A DNA stretch of 64,000 bases from Phycisphaerae bacterium (GTDB lineage Bacteria; Planctomycetota; Phycisphaerae; UBA1845; Fen-1342): the NCBI GenBank assembly GCA_050115495.1, contig JASFQK010000001.1:64001-128000 (forward strand), read 5' to 3'. The position numbers and the translations under genes were made by a program. The notes below the pieces were generated by a model. That model searched no databases and was not told the DNA's origin. It saw only the letters and a program-made list of their open reading frames with translations. The first letter of the stretch is position 1; every line of letters starts with the position of its first letter. Positions 49,854-59,785 of the stretch are shown here, in pieces.

Positions 49854-50248
49854 GTTGGTACCCTCCGCACGCTCTCGCCGCATGAACCCGCCCGCCGCGC
49901 CCCAACCACGGCGCACGGCAACCATTGTCAGTATAACGCCTGGTCAGCCCAATGTGTAGAAAAGCGTTGCCAGCACACGGCCCGGCGGCGATTCCAGCCT
50001 CTCAGGCCGCACCGGCACGACGAGAATTAACACAATCTCCACAGCGGCCACCCGGCAAACGCCGTCTCACGGAGTGACCCAACTCACCATCGTTGTCCTG
50101 ACACACACCCAACTCTGCACCGGCCGGCCCACCAACGTGCCCGCCCTTCCGGGGCGCGGTACGATGGGGCCCTGCGGCCCGACAGGGGAACCGGGCCACG
50201 CCAAATGCGGAATGTCGGACGGCCAACACACCGTGAACAGGCCGGCTC

Positions 50249-52444
50249 ATGTGTGCAGATTCGCCAACGCCGGATGAGAGCGCGACCAGTCGAGCGCCGG
50301 CTACCAAGCGCTGGCGCGGGTTCCTCTGCGGCGCGCTGCTCGTGCTCGGCGTCGTTGTCCTCGTTAGCGTTGTCTTCGGCTTCGGCCCCAGCGGCCTCCT
50401 CTACAACTCATACGACTACCGCGAGATTTTCACGTACCACAAGGCCTTCTGCCGGGACGCCGTGCAACAGGGCCGGCTGCCGCTCTGGACGCCGTACACC
50501 TTCAGCGGCTGGCCGTTCGCCGCCAACCCACTGACACAGACGTTCTACCCCCTGGCCTGGCTGACGCTCCCACTGCCGCAACCGCTGGCCGTCAATGCCG
50601 ATCTGATCCTGCATCTGTCGCTCGCGGCGGTGGGCACGTACCTGTTGCTCCGCCAGGTCTTCCGCGTGGGGCGCGGGGCAGCGTCGCTCGGCGCGCTGGT
50701 GTACACGTGCCAGGGGGCGAATCTCGGCAACGTGTTCGCGGGACACATCCAGTTTTATGCGGCGGCCGGCCTGCTGCCGTTCGTGTTGCTGGCGATCGAA
50801 CGGGCCTGCGGCGCGCTGAGCCAGCCATCACCCGGCGGAGACGAGAGCCCGCCATCGAAGCGCGGGCCGCTGAAGCGAACCGGCCCGTGGGTCTGCCTGG
50901 GCGCTTTGCTGCTGGGGCTGCAACTGCTCAGTGGCGGGCTGCCGTATGTCTGGCTGACGCTCGTGTTGGCCGGGCTCTGGCGGGTCGGGAGCGTTTTGTG
51001 CCGCGCGCCGCTCGCCGGCCGCACCTGGGTTCGCGAATTGGGCGTCCTCGCCATCGTGACCGTAGCGGGCATCGGCATGGCGCTCGTGCAGCTTCTACCG
51101 AGCTACGAGCTGGCGTCGTTGTCGAACCGGCGGCAGGCGGGTTACGAGTATGCCGCGACCGGCTCGCTGCCCCCGAAATACCTGGGCCTGCTCGTCGATC
51201 CGTTCATGCACAGCGATCCGCAGGAGTCAATCTGGGAGTACTACGGCTACGTGGGCATGCTGCCCGTGTTGCTGGCCGCCGTCGGCCTGACGCAGCTTCG
51301 CCGGGAGCGACGCGTGATCGTTCTCGTCGCCCTGGCCGGGCTGGTGATTCTGTTCGCGCTGGGGCGCTACAGCTTCCTGTTTCCGTTGCTGTGGAAGTAC
51401 GTACCCGGCTTCGACCTCTTCCGTGTCCCGGCGCGGGCGCTGCTCCTGGTGGGGCTGGTCATCGGCGTGCTCAGCGCGCTCGGGCTGGATGCGATCGGGA
51501 CGTGGCTCCGCCGTAGCCGGGCCACCGCTGCCCAATGGGGCGTTCTCCTGGCGGGCCTCGTCTGCGTCGCCACGCTAGCCGACACCACGGTCTGCGCGCG
51601 TTTGAACCGCGACCGCCTGATCCTCTCGGACCACGGCTTCATGGATGAACCGATACGCCGCCATCTCGCGGATGCGCTGGCGCACGACCGCTCCTGGTAC
51701 CGCTTCTGGATGCCACGGGCTCTCCTCCGCGAAAACCACGCGTACGCGGTCCACGCCCGCAGCCTCACCGGCTACGACAACATGATCCCCCTCCGATACA
51801 GCCGCTTCGTCCACGCGATGACCGATACGGCGATCAAGCCCGAACTCGTCAACATCATTACGCAGGCCACGTTCAGGAACATGCCCGGGCCGTTCCCGTT
51901 CAAGATCCTCGGCGTGAAATACGCGGCGTACAGGAACGACCTGCCGACGCGCCCGGAGCCCGTGCGCCGGGCGTGGTTCGCCAGGCGCACCGTGTGTGTG
52001 CCGGACGAGCACGCCGCTTTGCAGTACATGCGCAGCGACGCTTTCCAACCCGACGGGGAGGTCGTGCTCGAGCCCGCGGAAGCAGAGTTGCTCGGCATCG
52101 AAGCCAAAGCCGCCGCCGCGCAAGCGAGCCCGCCGGCCGAACCGGTCGAAGTGAAGATCGAGGAGCCCTGTCCGGAACAGCTCGATATCACCTTCGGTCC
52201 GCACGGAGACGGTTACCTCGTGCTCTCCGAGACCTACTACCCCGGCTGGAAAGCACAGGTGAACGGCACGCCCGTGCCCGTCTGCCGCGCTGATTCAATC
52301 CTTCGCTGCGTGCCGCTCAAGGCCGGCGACCAGCACGTGCGCATGACGTACGCACCGGCCAGCCTGCGCTACGGCGCGCTCGGCTCGGCGATGACGTTGC
52401 TGTTGCTTGTCGTCGTGCTGTGGCGATGTCGCCGGGCGACCTGA
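50249..52444 (+). CDS. YfhO family polytopic membrane protein (GT-C-like)
   Basis: LPLWTPYTFSGWPFAANP...FYP, PGFDLFRVPAR, LVLSETYYPGWKAQVNG. Confidence 0.85.
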   Translation: MCADSPTPDESATSRAPATKRWRGFLCGALLVLGVVVLVSVVFGFGPSGLLYNSYDYREIFTYHKAFCRDAVQQGRLPLWTPYTFSGWPFAANPLTQTFYPLAWLTLPLPQPLAVNADLILHLSLAAVGTYLLLRQVFRVGRGAASLGALVYTCQGANLGNVFAGHIQFYAAAGLLPFVLLAIERACGALSQPSPGGDESPPSKRGPLKRTGPWVCLGALLLGLQLLSGGLPYVWLTLVLAGLWRVGSVLCRAPLAGRTWVRELGVLAIVTVAGIGMALVQLLPSYELASLSNRRQAGYEYAATGSLPPKYLGLLVDPFMHSDPQESIWEYYGYVGMLPVLLAAVGLTQLRRERRVIVLVALAGLVILFALGRYSFLFPLLWKYVPGFDLFRVPARALLLVGLVIGVLSALGLDAIGTWLRRSRATAAQWGVLLAGLVCVATLADTTVCARLNRDRLILSDHGFMDEPIRRHLADALAHDRSWYRFWMPRALLRENHAYAVHARSLTGYDNMIPLRYSRFVHAMTDTAIKPELVNIITQATFRNMPGPFPFKILGVKYAAYRNDLPTRPEPVRRAWFARRTVCVPDEHAALQYMRSDAFQPDGEVVLEPAEAELLGIEAKAAAAQASPPAEPVEVKIEEPCPEQLDITFGPHGDGYLVLSETYYPGWKAQVNGTPVPVCRADSILRCVPLKAGDQHVRMTYAPASLRYGALGSAMTLLLLVVVLWRCRRAT

Positions 52445-52487
52445 GAACGAACACAGCCTCCACGGCGGTCACCTGACAACCGCCAAC

Positions 52488-53624
52488 TCACGGAATAACC
52501 TGACCCACCGTCTCCGTCGTCATTCCCACCGGATCACCCGCGATCACCGAGCCCGTCGGATACCACAACGACACCGTCCGTGACTCCTCGTCATTCAACA
52601 ACGCCACGTGCGCATCGAAGAACAACGCGTGGATCCCGCCGTCGTTGTCCTGGCACGCGCCCGAATCCCCCGCTCCGTGTGGCGGAAGCGGACTCCGCGC
52701 ATCCGGCAACACGTGCCGGTACGAGAACAACAGGTTCAGCCCGCCTGACTCACTTCCCGCCGGCAGCACCACCCCGTCCCAGTTCTCCGTCCCCTCGCGC
52801 ACACCGTACGCATTCGAGATCGGCGACCACGGCCCCTCCGTCGCGAAACCGCCGTACCAACCCGGCGCAATCCGCACGTCCACCTGCGCGTCGCCATTGG
52901 TGTCCACGTACCGCGTGCCGTCCGCCGCGAACACCTTCGCCGCCGGCGGTCCCACGCGGTCCAGGCGCGACACGTAGTCCTCGTTCACCACGGGCCAGTT
53001 CGACGGCGGCACCTCCGCATACACCGGAATGCTCGGGAAGCCATCGAGCACGGCCAGCACCGTACCGCTGTGCTGCTGCCCCCAGTACGAGAAATACATC
53101 GGCGACAGGTAGCTGCCGGCCGGCCACGTGAACTCCTCGAAATCCGCCTTGTCCGGCGCTCCCGCCGCAGACCACACTTCCGCCGACCGCCACTGCTGCG
53201 GACACTTCAGCTCGGTCCACAGCGTGTGCCAGCGTTCCGCCCGGTTGGCCGGCAGCTCGTGCGCATAGCGGGCCAGCGGCGTCATCCAGTCCGCCGTCTG
53301 CACCGGCAGCGCGGGGTCGTGCAGCACGTCCGGGTTCCCCTGCCACAACAACCGCTTGGTCCGCAGTGCCACCGCCGACGTATTGATGCCCGGCAACCAG
53401 CCCCCGTGATCCTTCGCGTACATGTGCAGCGCCGCCCCCAGCGCCCGCAGGTTCCGCTGACACGAAACACGCCGCGCCCGCCCGTTGGCATAGCTGGCCG
53501 CCGGCCACAACAACAGACCGAGCACGCCGACCACCAACACCAGAACCAACACCTCAACCAGCGTAAACGCCCGACACCCTCGCCCAGTCCCGACACTCAC
53601 CACAAGATGGTACTTCCTGGACAT
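52488..53624 (-). CDS. Prepilin-type N-terminal / DUF1559-like protein (paralog 2)
   Basis: AFTLVEVLV, ARRVSCQRNLRALG, YRH...HALFFDAHV; colinear with 48744..49853. Confidence 0.8.
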   Translation of the reverse strand: MSRKYHLVVSVGTGRGCRAFTLVEVLVLVLVVGVLGLLLWPAASYANGRARRVSCQRNLRALGAALHMYAKDHGGWLPGINTSAVALRTKRLLWQGNPDVLHDPALPVQTADWMTPLARYAHELPANRAERWHTLWTELKCPQQWRSAEVWSAAGAPDKADFEEFTWPAGSYLSPMYFSYWGQQHSGTVLAVLDGFPSIPVYAEVPPSNWPVVNEDYVSRLDRVGPPAAKVFAADGTRYVDTNGDAQVDVRIAPGWYGGFATEGPWSPISNAYGVREGTENWDGVVLPAGSESGGLNLLFSYRHVLPDARSPLPPHGAGDSGACQDNDGGIHALFFDAHVALLNDEESRTVSLWYPTGSVIAGDPVGMTTETVGQVIP

Positions 53625-53751
53625 GTCGACACCCTCCACATCTGCACCCCCATGCCCCGATCCACCACACCAGGAACCAGCCGCGGAACACCCGGACTGC
53701 GACCTGCCCCGGCCCGTGTGCCCCCGATAACCCCCACGCCCGCCGCCAGCG

Positions 53752-54153
53752 TCACTCCCCCGCCGGCAGCTTGATTCCATGCGGCACCGCCTGCCGCTGC
53801 TCGTCCACCGCCACGTACGTGATCATCGCCTCCGTCACCGCGACGCACTCACGCGGCGCCGAGAACCGCTCCGCCACCACCCCCACGTGCACCGTCAGCG
53901 ACGTCCGCCCCACCCGCCGCACCGCCGTGTAGAAACTCAACACATCCCCCACAAACACCGGCTCATGGAACTCCACACTGTCCATCGCCACCGTCACGAA
54001 ATGATGCGGCCCCAGCTCCTGAGCCGCCACCGCGCCCGCCTGGTCGATGTAGCTCAACAACACCCCGCCGAAAATCGTTCCCTGCGGATTCGTGTCCCGC
54101 GGCATCATGATGACGCGAATCGCCGGCGCCGGCTGTTCCGCTACATCACCCAT
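53752..54153 (-). CDS. Acyl-CoA thioesterase (hotdog fold, YciA-like)
   Basis: MPRDTNPQGTIFGGVLLSYIDQAG, FHEPVFVGD, VGRTSL. Confidence 0.92.
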   Translation of the reverse strand: MGDVAEQPAPAIRVIMMPRDTNPQGTIFGGVLLSYIDQAGAVAAQELGPHHFVTVAMDSVEFHEPVFVGDVLSFYTAVRRVGRTSLTVHVGVVAERFSAPRECVAVTEAMITYVAVDEQRQAVPHGIKLPAGE

Positions 54154-54175
54154 CGCACCACTCCCTCGCGCCCCC

Positions 54176-55174
54176 TCAACCCTCGTCCAACGCCGCGACC
54201 GCAGCCGTCACCACCGCCGGCACGACCTCGTCCCACCGCCCCGCCACGCGCGCCCCCGCCGCCCGGGCATGCCCACCTCCGCCGAACTGCCGCGCCAGCG
54301 CCGCCACATCCAACGCATTGCGACTGCGGAAGTTAATGCGGATCACTCCCGGCTGCTCCGTGCACAACACCGTCGCCTCAATCCCCCCCAGCCGACCCGC
54401 CTCGTTGACCAGGTCCTCCGTCTCGTTCGGGTCCGCGCCGGCGGCCACGAAATCCGCCTCCCGCAAACCCATCACTGCCAGCTTCCCGCCCGCATGCAGC
54501 TCCAGCGAATCCAGCATCCGCGCCACCAGCCGCAGCTTCGCCGGCGGATCCTGCTGATACACCGCTCCGTAGATCCCGTTCGGCGACGCCCCCGCTGCCA
54601 CCAGCTCCGCCACCACCCGTAGCGTCCGGGCGTCCGTGTTCGGAAACCGGAACCACCCGCAATCCGTCGCGATCCCCGTGAACAGCGCCGTGGCCATCAG
54701 CGGCGAACAGGCCACCTGCGTCGCCCGCACCCACTCCGCGATCAGCAGGCAAACCGCACTGGCACTCACATCGATCAGCCGCAGATCTCCCGGCCGCTCC
54801 CCGATCGCATCCCGCGTCGTGTGATGGTCGATCACCAGCGTCCGCGGCGCCTGCGGCAGCCACTCCGCCACCGGCTCGAGCTGGGCCAGCGCGCACGTGT
54901 CCACGACGATAACCGCATCGCACTCCCGCCGCAGGCGCTCTCCCTCCGTCTTCCAATCCGTCCAGCGGGCCGCCTCCTGGAAGTACGTGTACCGCCAGGG
55001 AAACGGTTCGTACAGCGCCGCCGCCGGCCGGGCCCCCCGCTGCCCCAGGGCCAGGGCCAGTCCGCCCATCGCTCCGAGCGCATCACCGTCCGGCCGCTGG
55101 TGGGTCAACAGCAGCGGACGTTGACACTCCGACAGCCACTCCATCACGTTGTGATAATCCTGCTCGGCGATCAT
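54176..55174 (-). CDS. nrnA: DHH family phosphoesterase (NrnA-like)
   Basis: HQRPDGDALG, VVD, IDHH, TDCGWF, GGGHARAAG. Confidence 0.88.
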   Translation of the reverse strand: MIAEQDYHNVMEWLSECQRPLLLTHQRPDGDALGAMGGLALALGQRGARPAAALYEPFPWRYTYFQEAARWTDWKTEGERLRRECDAVIVVDTCALAQLEPVAEWLPQAPRTLVIDHHTTRDAIGERPGDLRLIDVSASAVCLLIAEWVRATQVACSPLMATALFTGIATDCGWFRFPNTDARTLRVVAELVAAGASPNGIYGAVYQQDPPAKLRLVARMLDSLELHAGGKLAVMGLREADFVAAGADPNETEDLVNEAGRLGGIEATVLCTEQPGVIRINFRSRNALDVAALARQFGGGGHARAAGARVAGRWDEVVPAVVTAAVAALDEG

Positions 55175-55227
55175 GATGTCCCGGATTGTAACCGCCGAGC
55201 CGGCCACCCGCAGCCGAGGACATTGTT

Positions 55228-56301
55228 GTGCCCACGCTCCCGCAGCTCATCGACCCCGAGCACTACCGACCCTGCTCCTGGGATCTCGCCGCCGAACCGC
55301 GCGACCTGGCCTACTGGATCGACCTCTTCTGCCAGCACCTGCACCTGCTCGTCGAGCTCATCCACGCCGAGTATCCCGACACTCCCGCCGACCGCGTGGC
55401 CGCCTTCGAGCGCGACTATCTCGACACCATGCACGCCGTCCAGGCCAACCAGCCCCCCCGACCCCGCCGCGATGTCCTCCTGTTGACGCACCTCCGCCGG
55501 CTGCTCTGCGAGCGCTGGGGCTTCCCCGACCCCTTCCTGGGCATCAAGCGCCGGGAAAGTGCCGCCGCCCTGGAACTGCTCCCGGAACTCCTGGCCGAGC
55601 TCGATGCCACCCCGCCCGCCGAAATCGCTCCCCTCCTCGCCCGGGGCCTGATGGCCGGAAACGTCTTCGACCTCGGCTCCATGCCCACGATTGAGCGTTA
55701 CCGCTCCCGGAACCACATCTTCCAGCAGGCCCGCGCCGACCAGCCGCCCCGACCCTGGCACGTCGACCACCTCGACCGCTGGCTCGCCGGCGGCTCCGTC
55801 CCCCCGACCTACCGCCACGCGATCTTCTTCGTCGACAACGCCGGCAGCGACATCTGCCTCGGCTGCCTGCCGCTGGCCCGCTGGCTCGTCGCCGGCGGAG
55901 CACGCGTCACCTTCGCCGCCAACACCGGCCCGGCCCTGAACGACGTGACCGCGGAGGAATTGACCGATCTGCTCCGCACCCACCCCGTCACCACCGACTC
56001 CGTCCTCGGCCCCGCCCTGGCCGCCGGCACACTGGATGTCGTCCCCTCCGGCTGCATAGTGCCTCTGCTCGACCTCACCGCCCTCTCGCCGGCCTGCGTC
56101 GCCGCCGCCGAGGACGCCGACCTGATCATGCTCCACGGCATGGGCCGCGCCATCGAGAGCAACTACCACGCCCGCCTGACCTGCGACACGCTGCGCACGG
56201 CCGTCCTCAAAGACCCCGCCGTAGCCGCTCATTTCGGCGGCCGGCTGTTCGACTGCGTGTTCGACTTCGCCCCTGCGGGCGCAACCCGCCTTCTGGGTTG
56301 A
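55228..56301 (+). CDS. DUF89/ARMT1-like damage-control phosphatase
   Basis: DPFLGIKRRE, AGNVFDLG, FVDNAGSD, PALNDVT, GMGRAIESN. Confidence 0.82.
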   Translation: MPTLPQLIDPEHYRPCSWDLAAEPRDLAYWIDLFCQHLHLLVELIHAEYPDTPADRVAAFERDYLDTMHAVQANQPPRPRRDVLLLTHLRRLLCERWGFPDPFLGIKRRESAAALELLPELLAELDATPPAEIAPLLARGLMAGNVFDLGSMPTIERYRSRNHIFQQARADQPPRPWHVDHLDRWLAGGSVPPTYRHAIFFVDNAGSDICLGCLPLARWLVAGGARVTFAANTGPALNDVTAEELTDLLRTHPVTTDSVLGPALAAGTLDVVPSGCIVPLLDLTALSPACVAAAEDADLIMLHGMGRAIESNYHARLTCDTLRTAVLKDPAVAAHFGGRLFDCVFDFAPAGATRLLG

Positions 56302-56413
56302 CTTTGGCGGGGGAGGCGGTTATCACACAGGTCAATCGGCAAGCGGGAAAGGGTCCGATCACGTGCTGCGCGCCGGGGCGTGCGCTCCGTTCTTTCGTCA
56401 GTGAGGCAATCCA

Positions 56414-56965
56414 ATGGCAGACCAGTCCAAGGCACCCAAAGAACGCATCAATATTACTTATCGCCCGGCGACGAACACCAAAGAGCAGAAGGAACTGCCT
56501 TTCCGGATGGCCATGCTCGGCGACTTCACACTCAAGCCGGACGATACGCCGCTCGAAGAGCGCAAGACCATCCGCGTCGACAAGGACAACTTCAACGACG
56601 TGATGAAGAGCCAGGACCTCGGCACCACCATCAACGTCGCCAACAAGCTCTCCGGCGAAGAAGGCGCCGAGATGGGCGTCCAGCTCAAGTTCTCGACGCT
56701 CAAGGACTTCGAGCCCGAGCAGATCGCCCGCCAGGTTCCCGAGCTCAACCAGCTTCTTCAGACGCGCGAGGCGCTCAACGCGCTCAAGGCGCCCCTCGCC
56801 AACAAGCGCGCCTTCCAGAAGCGTATCGCCGAGATCGTGCAGGACGAGGCGACCCGACAGAAACTCATGGAGATCTTCCAGCAGACCGCCGGCTCAGGCG
56901 AAGAGGGCTCTGCTCCCGCTCCCGACGCCGGCGGTGGCGAGGGCGGCGAAGGCGGCGCCCAGTAA
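56414..56965 (+). CDS. tssB: Type VI secretion contractile sheath small subunit (VipA type)
   Basis: APKERINITYRPAT, ELPFRMAMLGDF, VDKDNFNDVM, DFEPEQIARQVPEL. Confidence 0.95.
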   Translation: MADQSKAPKERINITYRPATNTKEQKELPFRMAMLGDFTLKPDDTPLEERKTIRVDKDNFNDVMKSQDLGTTINVANKLSGEEGAEMGVQLKFSTLKDFEPEQIARQVPELNQLLQTREALNALKAPLANKRAFQKRIAEIVQDEATRQKLMEIFQQTAGSGEEGSAPAPDAGGGEGGEGGAQ

Positions 56966-57049
56966 CGCCGCTTTCCACCTATACCCAGCGCTCCGCGCAG
57001 ACACCACGCCGGCCCGGCCGGCCGAACGACATGCTCTTGGAGGTTTGTC

Positions 57050-58525
57050 ATGGCTGATGCACCGCAGGCTCAGGAAGCCGCTCGTGAGTACCCCGAAGAT
57101 GTGTCCTCTCTCCTCGACGAACTAACCGTCGCCACGGGGATCAAGGACAAGGAAGCCGCCCGCATCGCCCGCCGCGGCGTCGAGCAGTTCCTGGCCAACC
57201 TGGTCACCTCCCCGGCCGAGAAGATCGACAAGGCCCTCATCGACGCCTACATCGCCGAGCTCGACCACAAGCTCAGCGCTCAGGTCGACGAGATCCTCCA
57301 CAACCAGGACGTCCAGAAACTCGAATCCGCTTGGCGCGGCCTGAAGTTCGTCATCGACCAGACCAATTTCCGCGAGAACATCAAGATCGACATTCTCAAC
57401 GTCTCCAAGGACGAGCTCCTCGACGACTTCGAGAATTCGCCCGAGATCCCCAAGTCCGGCCTCTATCAGCACATATACACCGCCGAGTTCGGCACCGCCG
57501 GCGGCGAACCCTTTGGCGCCATGGTCGCCAACTACGAGTTCGGCCCCGGCCCCCGCGACGTCGCCCTGGCCCAGCGCGTCTCCGCCGTGGCCGCCATGTC
57601 GCACTGCCCCTTCATCGCCGCCACCGGCCCGGAGATGTTCGGCATCGAGGACTTCCAGGAATTGCCCAAGCTCAAGGACCTCGAGAGCGTCTTCAGCGGC
57701 CCGCAGTACACCAAGTGGAACTCGTTCCGCGACTCCCCCGATTCGCGGTACTTCGCCCTGACCATGCCGCGCTTCCTGCTGCGGCACCCCTACGACCCCG
57801 ATGCCAACCCGGTCAAGGCCTTCAACTACGAGGAAAAGGTCACCGACAACCACGGCAAGTACCTGTGGGGCAACGCCGCCTTCGCCTTCGCCACCCGCCT
57901 GACCGACGCCTTCGCCGGCACCCGCTGGACGATGAACTGCACCGGTCCCCAGGCCGGCGGCATGGTCGAAAACCTCATCCTCCACCAGTACAAGACCCTC
58001 GAAGGCATCGAGACCAAGATCCCCACCGAGGTCATGATCAGCGACCGCCGCGAGTTCGAGCTCGCCGAGTGCGGCTTCATCGGCCTCACCATGTACAAGA
58101 ACACGGACAAGGCCTGCTTCTTCAGCGCCAACTCCGTCCAGAAGCCCAAGAGCTTCCCCAACACCGAAGAGGGCATGCGCGACCAGACCAACTACAAGCT
58201 CGGCACGCGCCTCCCCTATATGATGATGATCTCCCGCCTCGCCCACTATCTGAAGGTCATCCAGCGCGACAACCTCCAGACCTGGCAGACCCCGACCAAG
58301 ATGCAGACCGAACTCAACGAGTGGATGCGGCAGTACGCGGCGGACATGGACAACCCCACCGCCGAAGTCGCCAACCGCCGCCCCATCCGCAAGTTCGCCA
58401 TCAACGTCGCCGAGGTCCCGGGCGAGGTCGGCTTCTACAAGGTCGATCTCCAGGTCATGCCCCACATCAAGTTCGAGGGCGCCAACTTCACGCTCTCGCT
58501 CGTGGGCAAGCTCGACGCGAGCTAG
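57050..58525 (+). CDS. tssC: Type VI secretion contractile sheath large subunit (VipB type)
   Basis: LSAQVDEILH, LESAWRGL, EFGTAGGEP, PRFLLR, YLWGNAAF, RLAHYLKVIQR, LSLVGKLD. Confidence 0.96.
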   Translation: MADAPQAQEAAREYPEDVSSLLDELTVATGIKDKEAARIARRGVEQFLANLVTSPAEKIDKALIDAYIAELDHKLSAQVDEILHNQDVQKLESAWRGLKFVIDQTNFRENIKIDILNVSKDELLDDFENSPEIPKSGLYQHIYTAEFGTAGGEPFGAMVANYEFGPGPRDVALAQRVSAVAAMSHCPFIAATGPEMFGIEDFQELPKLKDLESVFSGPQYTKWNSFRDSPDSRYFALTMPRFLLRHPYDPDANPVKAFNYEEKVTDNHGKYLWGNAAFAFATRLTDAFAGTRWTMNCTGPQAGGMVENLILHQYKTLEGIETKIPTEVMISDRREFELAECGFIGLTMYKNTDKACFFSANSVQKPKSFPNTEEGMRDQTNYKLGTRLPYMMMISRLAHYLKVIQRDNLQTWQTPTKMQTELNEWMRQYAADMDNPTAEVANRRPIRKFAINVAEVPGEVGFYKVDLQVMPHIKFEGANFTLSLVGKLDAS

Positions 58526-58729
58526 TCGGCGGACCGCCGCGGGCCCGCCGGCCCCGGTTCCGCCACCCGATGAGTGGGTACACAATTGCCCCGCTGGGCA
58601 GGCCCGATGCGGAACGCTCTGCCCAGCGGCCAGACCGGTTTCGGCCGGCTGCGCAGGTCTGTTTCGCTAAGCCGTTAAGCCCAAAGCAGTTAGCGAGGGC
58701 AGTCGATCGATAGCCATCCGGGACCCCCG

Positions 58730-58747
58730 CTGGAACGGAGCGTGCAA
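58730..58747 (+). promoter_or_regulatory. Putative sigma54 (-24/-12) promoter for hcp
   Basis: CTGGAACGGAGCGTGCAA, exact GG-N10-GC spacing, about 120 bp before hcp. Confidence 0.55.
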
Positions 58748-58868
58748 GTACCCGTCTCGGACACCTGACTGAATGCTCCCGACGCCGTAAAGGGAAAGGG
58801 GCCTGCTGCGGGCCGTGCGGCGCCGGTCGCTGTCGAGAGAAACCACCCAAACCAAGGAGACACGAACT

Positions 58869-59354
58869 ATGCCTATGCCAGCCCACATGAGCCTCGATGG
58901 CCAGAACCAGGGTTCGATCCTCGGTTCCTGCGAGATGCAGGGCCGCGAGGACACCATCCTCGTCGAAGCCTTCAACCACGAGGTGCGTATCCCGCGCGAC
59001 CCGCAGAGCGGCCTGTCCACCGGCAAGCGCATCCACAACGCCCTCTCCATCGTCAAGGTCTACGACAAGTCCTCGCCCAAGCTCTACCAGGCCCTCTGTA
59101 CCGGCGAGCACCTCAAGAACGTCACCATCAAGTGGTACCGCATCGACCCCTCGGGCCAGGAAGAGCACTACTTCACACACACCCTCGAGGACGCCATCAT
59201 CGTCAGCATCCGCCCCTGGATGCCCAACTGCCTCGATCCCAAGACCGAGAGCTACACCCACATGGAAGAGGTGATGTTCACCTACAAGAAGATCCGCTGG
59301 ACGTGGGAAATTGACGGCATCGAGTCCGAGGACAGCTGGATCGTCCCGAAGTAG
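58869..59354 (+). CDS. hcp: Type VI secretion tube protein Hcp
   Basis: HEVRIPRDPQSGLSTGKRIH, DKSSPKLYQAL, GQEEHYF, HMEEV.FTYKKIRW; AAGGAG RBS. Confidence 0.95.
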   Translation: MPMPAHMSLDGQNQGSILGSCEMQGREDTILVEAFNHEVRIPRDPQSGLSTGKRIHNALSIVKVYDKSSPKLYQALCTGEHLKNVTIKWYRIDPSGQEEHYFTHTLEDAIIVSIRPWMPNCLDPKTESYTHMEEVMFTYKKIRWTWEIDGIESEDSWIVPK

Positions 59355-59455
59355 TCCCCCGGGCCACCAGGTAACACGCCGGCGGCGACCGCGGCCCAGC
59401 CGCCTCCCGCCGCCGTCGTGCCCGACCCATGAACCCAGGCCCCAGGAGAACCACC

Positions 59456-59761
59456 ATGGAAATGATCAGCCGTCCCGGAAGCCCCGCTCGCATCCACCTC
59501 GGCGGCAACTACGCACAGCCTGCGGTCTCCTTCGAGGCCATCCCCGGCGGAAACGATCTCGACCGCCTCGAATCCTACCTCGGTAACCGCAACTGTGGCG
59601 CACCTTACCACCCCGACGAAGAACGCCGCTCCGAGAATGTCCAGGAAGCCGGCGAGCGAAAGGGAGGCAGCGGCGTCGCTGAGCTCGAGATGCTCAAGCG
59701 CTTCTACGCCGTCCGCGATTCCCTCACCGACGTCTTCGTCCCCGGCAGCAGCAAGGTCTGA
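59456..59761 (+). CDS. Hypothetical protein (101 aa) probably co-transcribed with hcp
   Basis: AGGAG RBS, GC-rich third positions, lies before the terminator. Confidence 0.7.
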   Translation: MEMISRPGSPARIHLGGNYAQPAVSFEAIPGGNDLDRLESYLGNRNCGAPYHPDEERRSENVQEAGERKGGSGVAELEMLKRFYAVRDSLTDVFVPGSSKV

Positions 59762-59785
59762 CGACCAGCACCAGCCGGTAACCAC

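Noticed and set aside
56298..56326. Sigma70 promoter for tssB (TTGACT-N17-TATCAC)
   Set aside because: The -10 box lacks the conserved final T; too weak to call.
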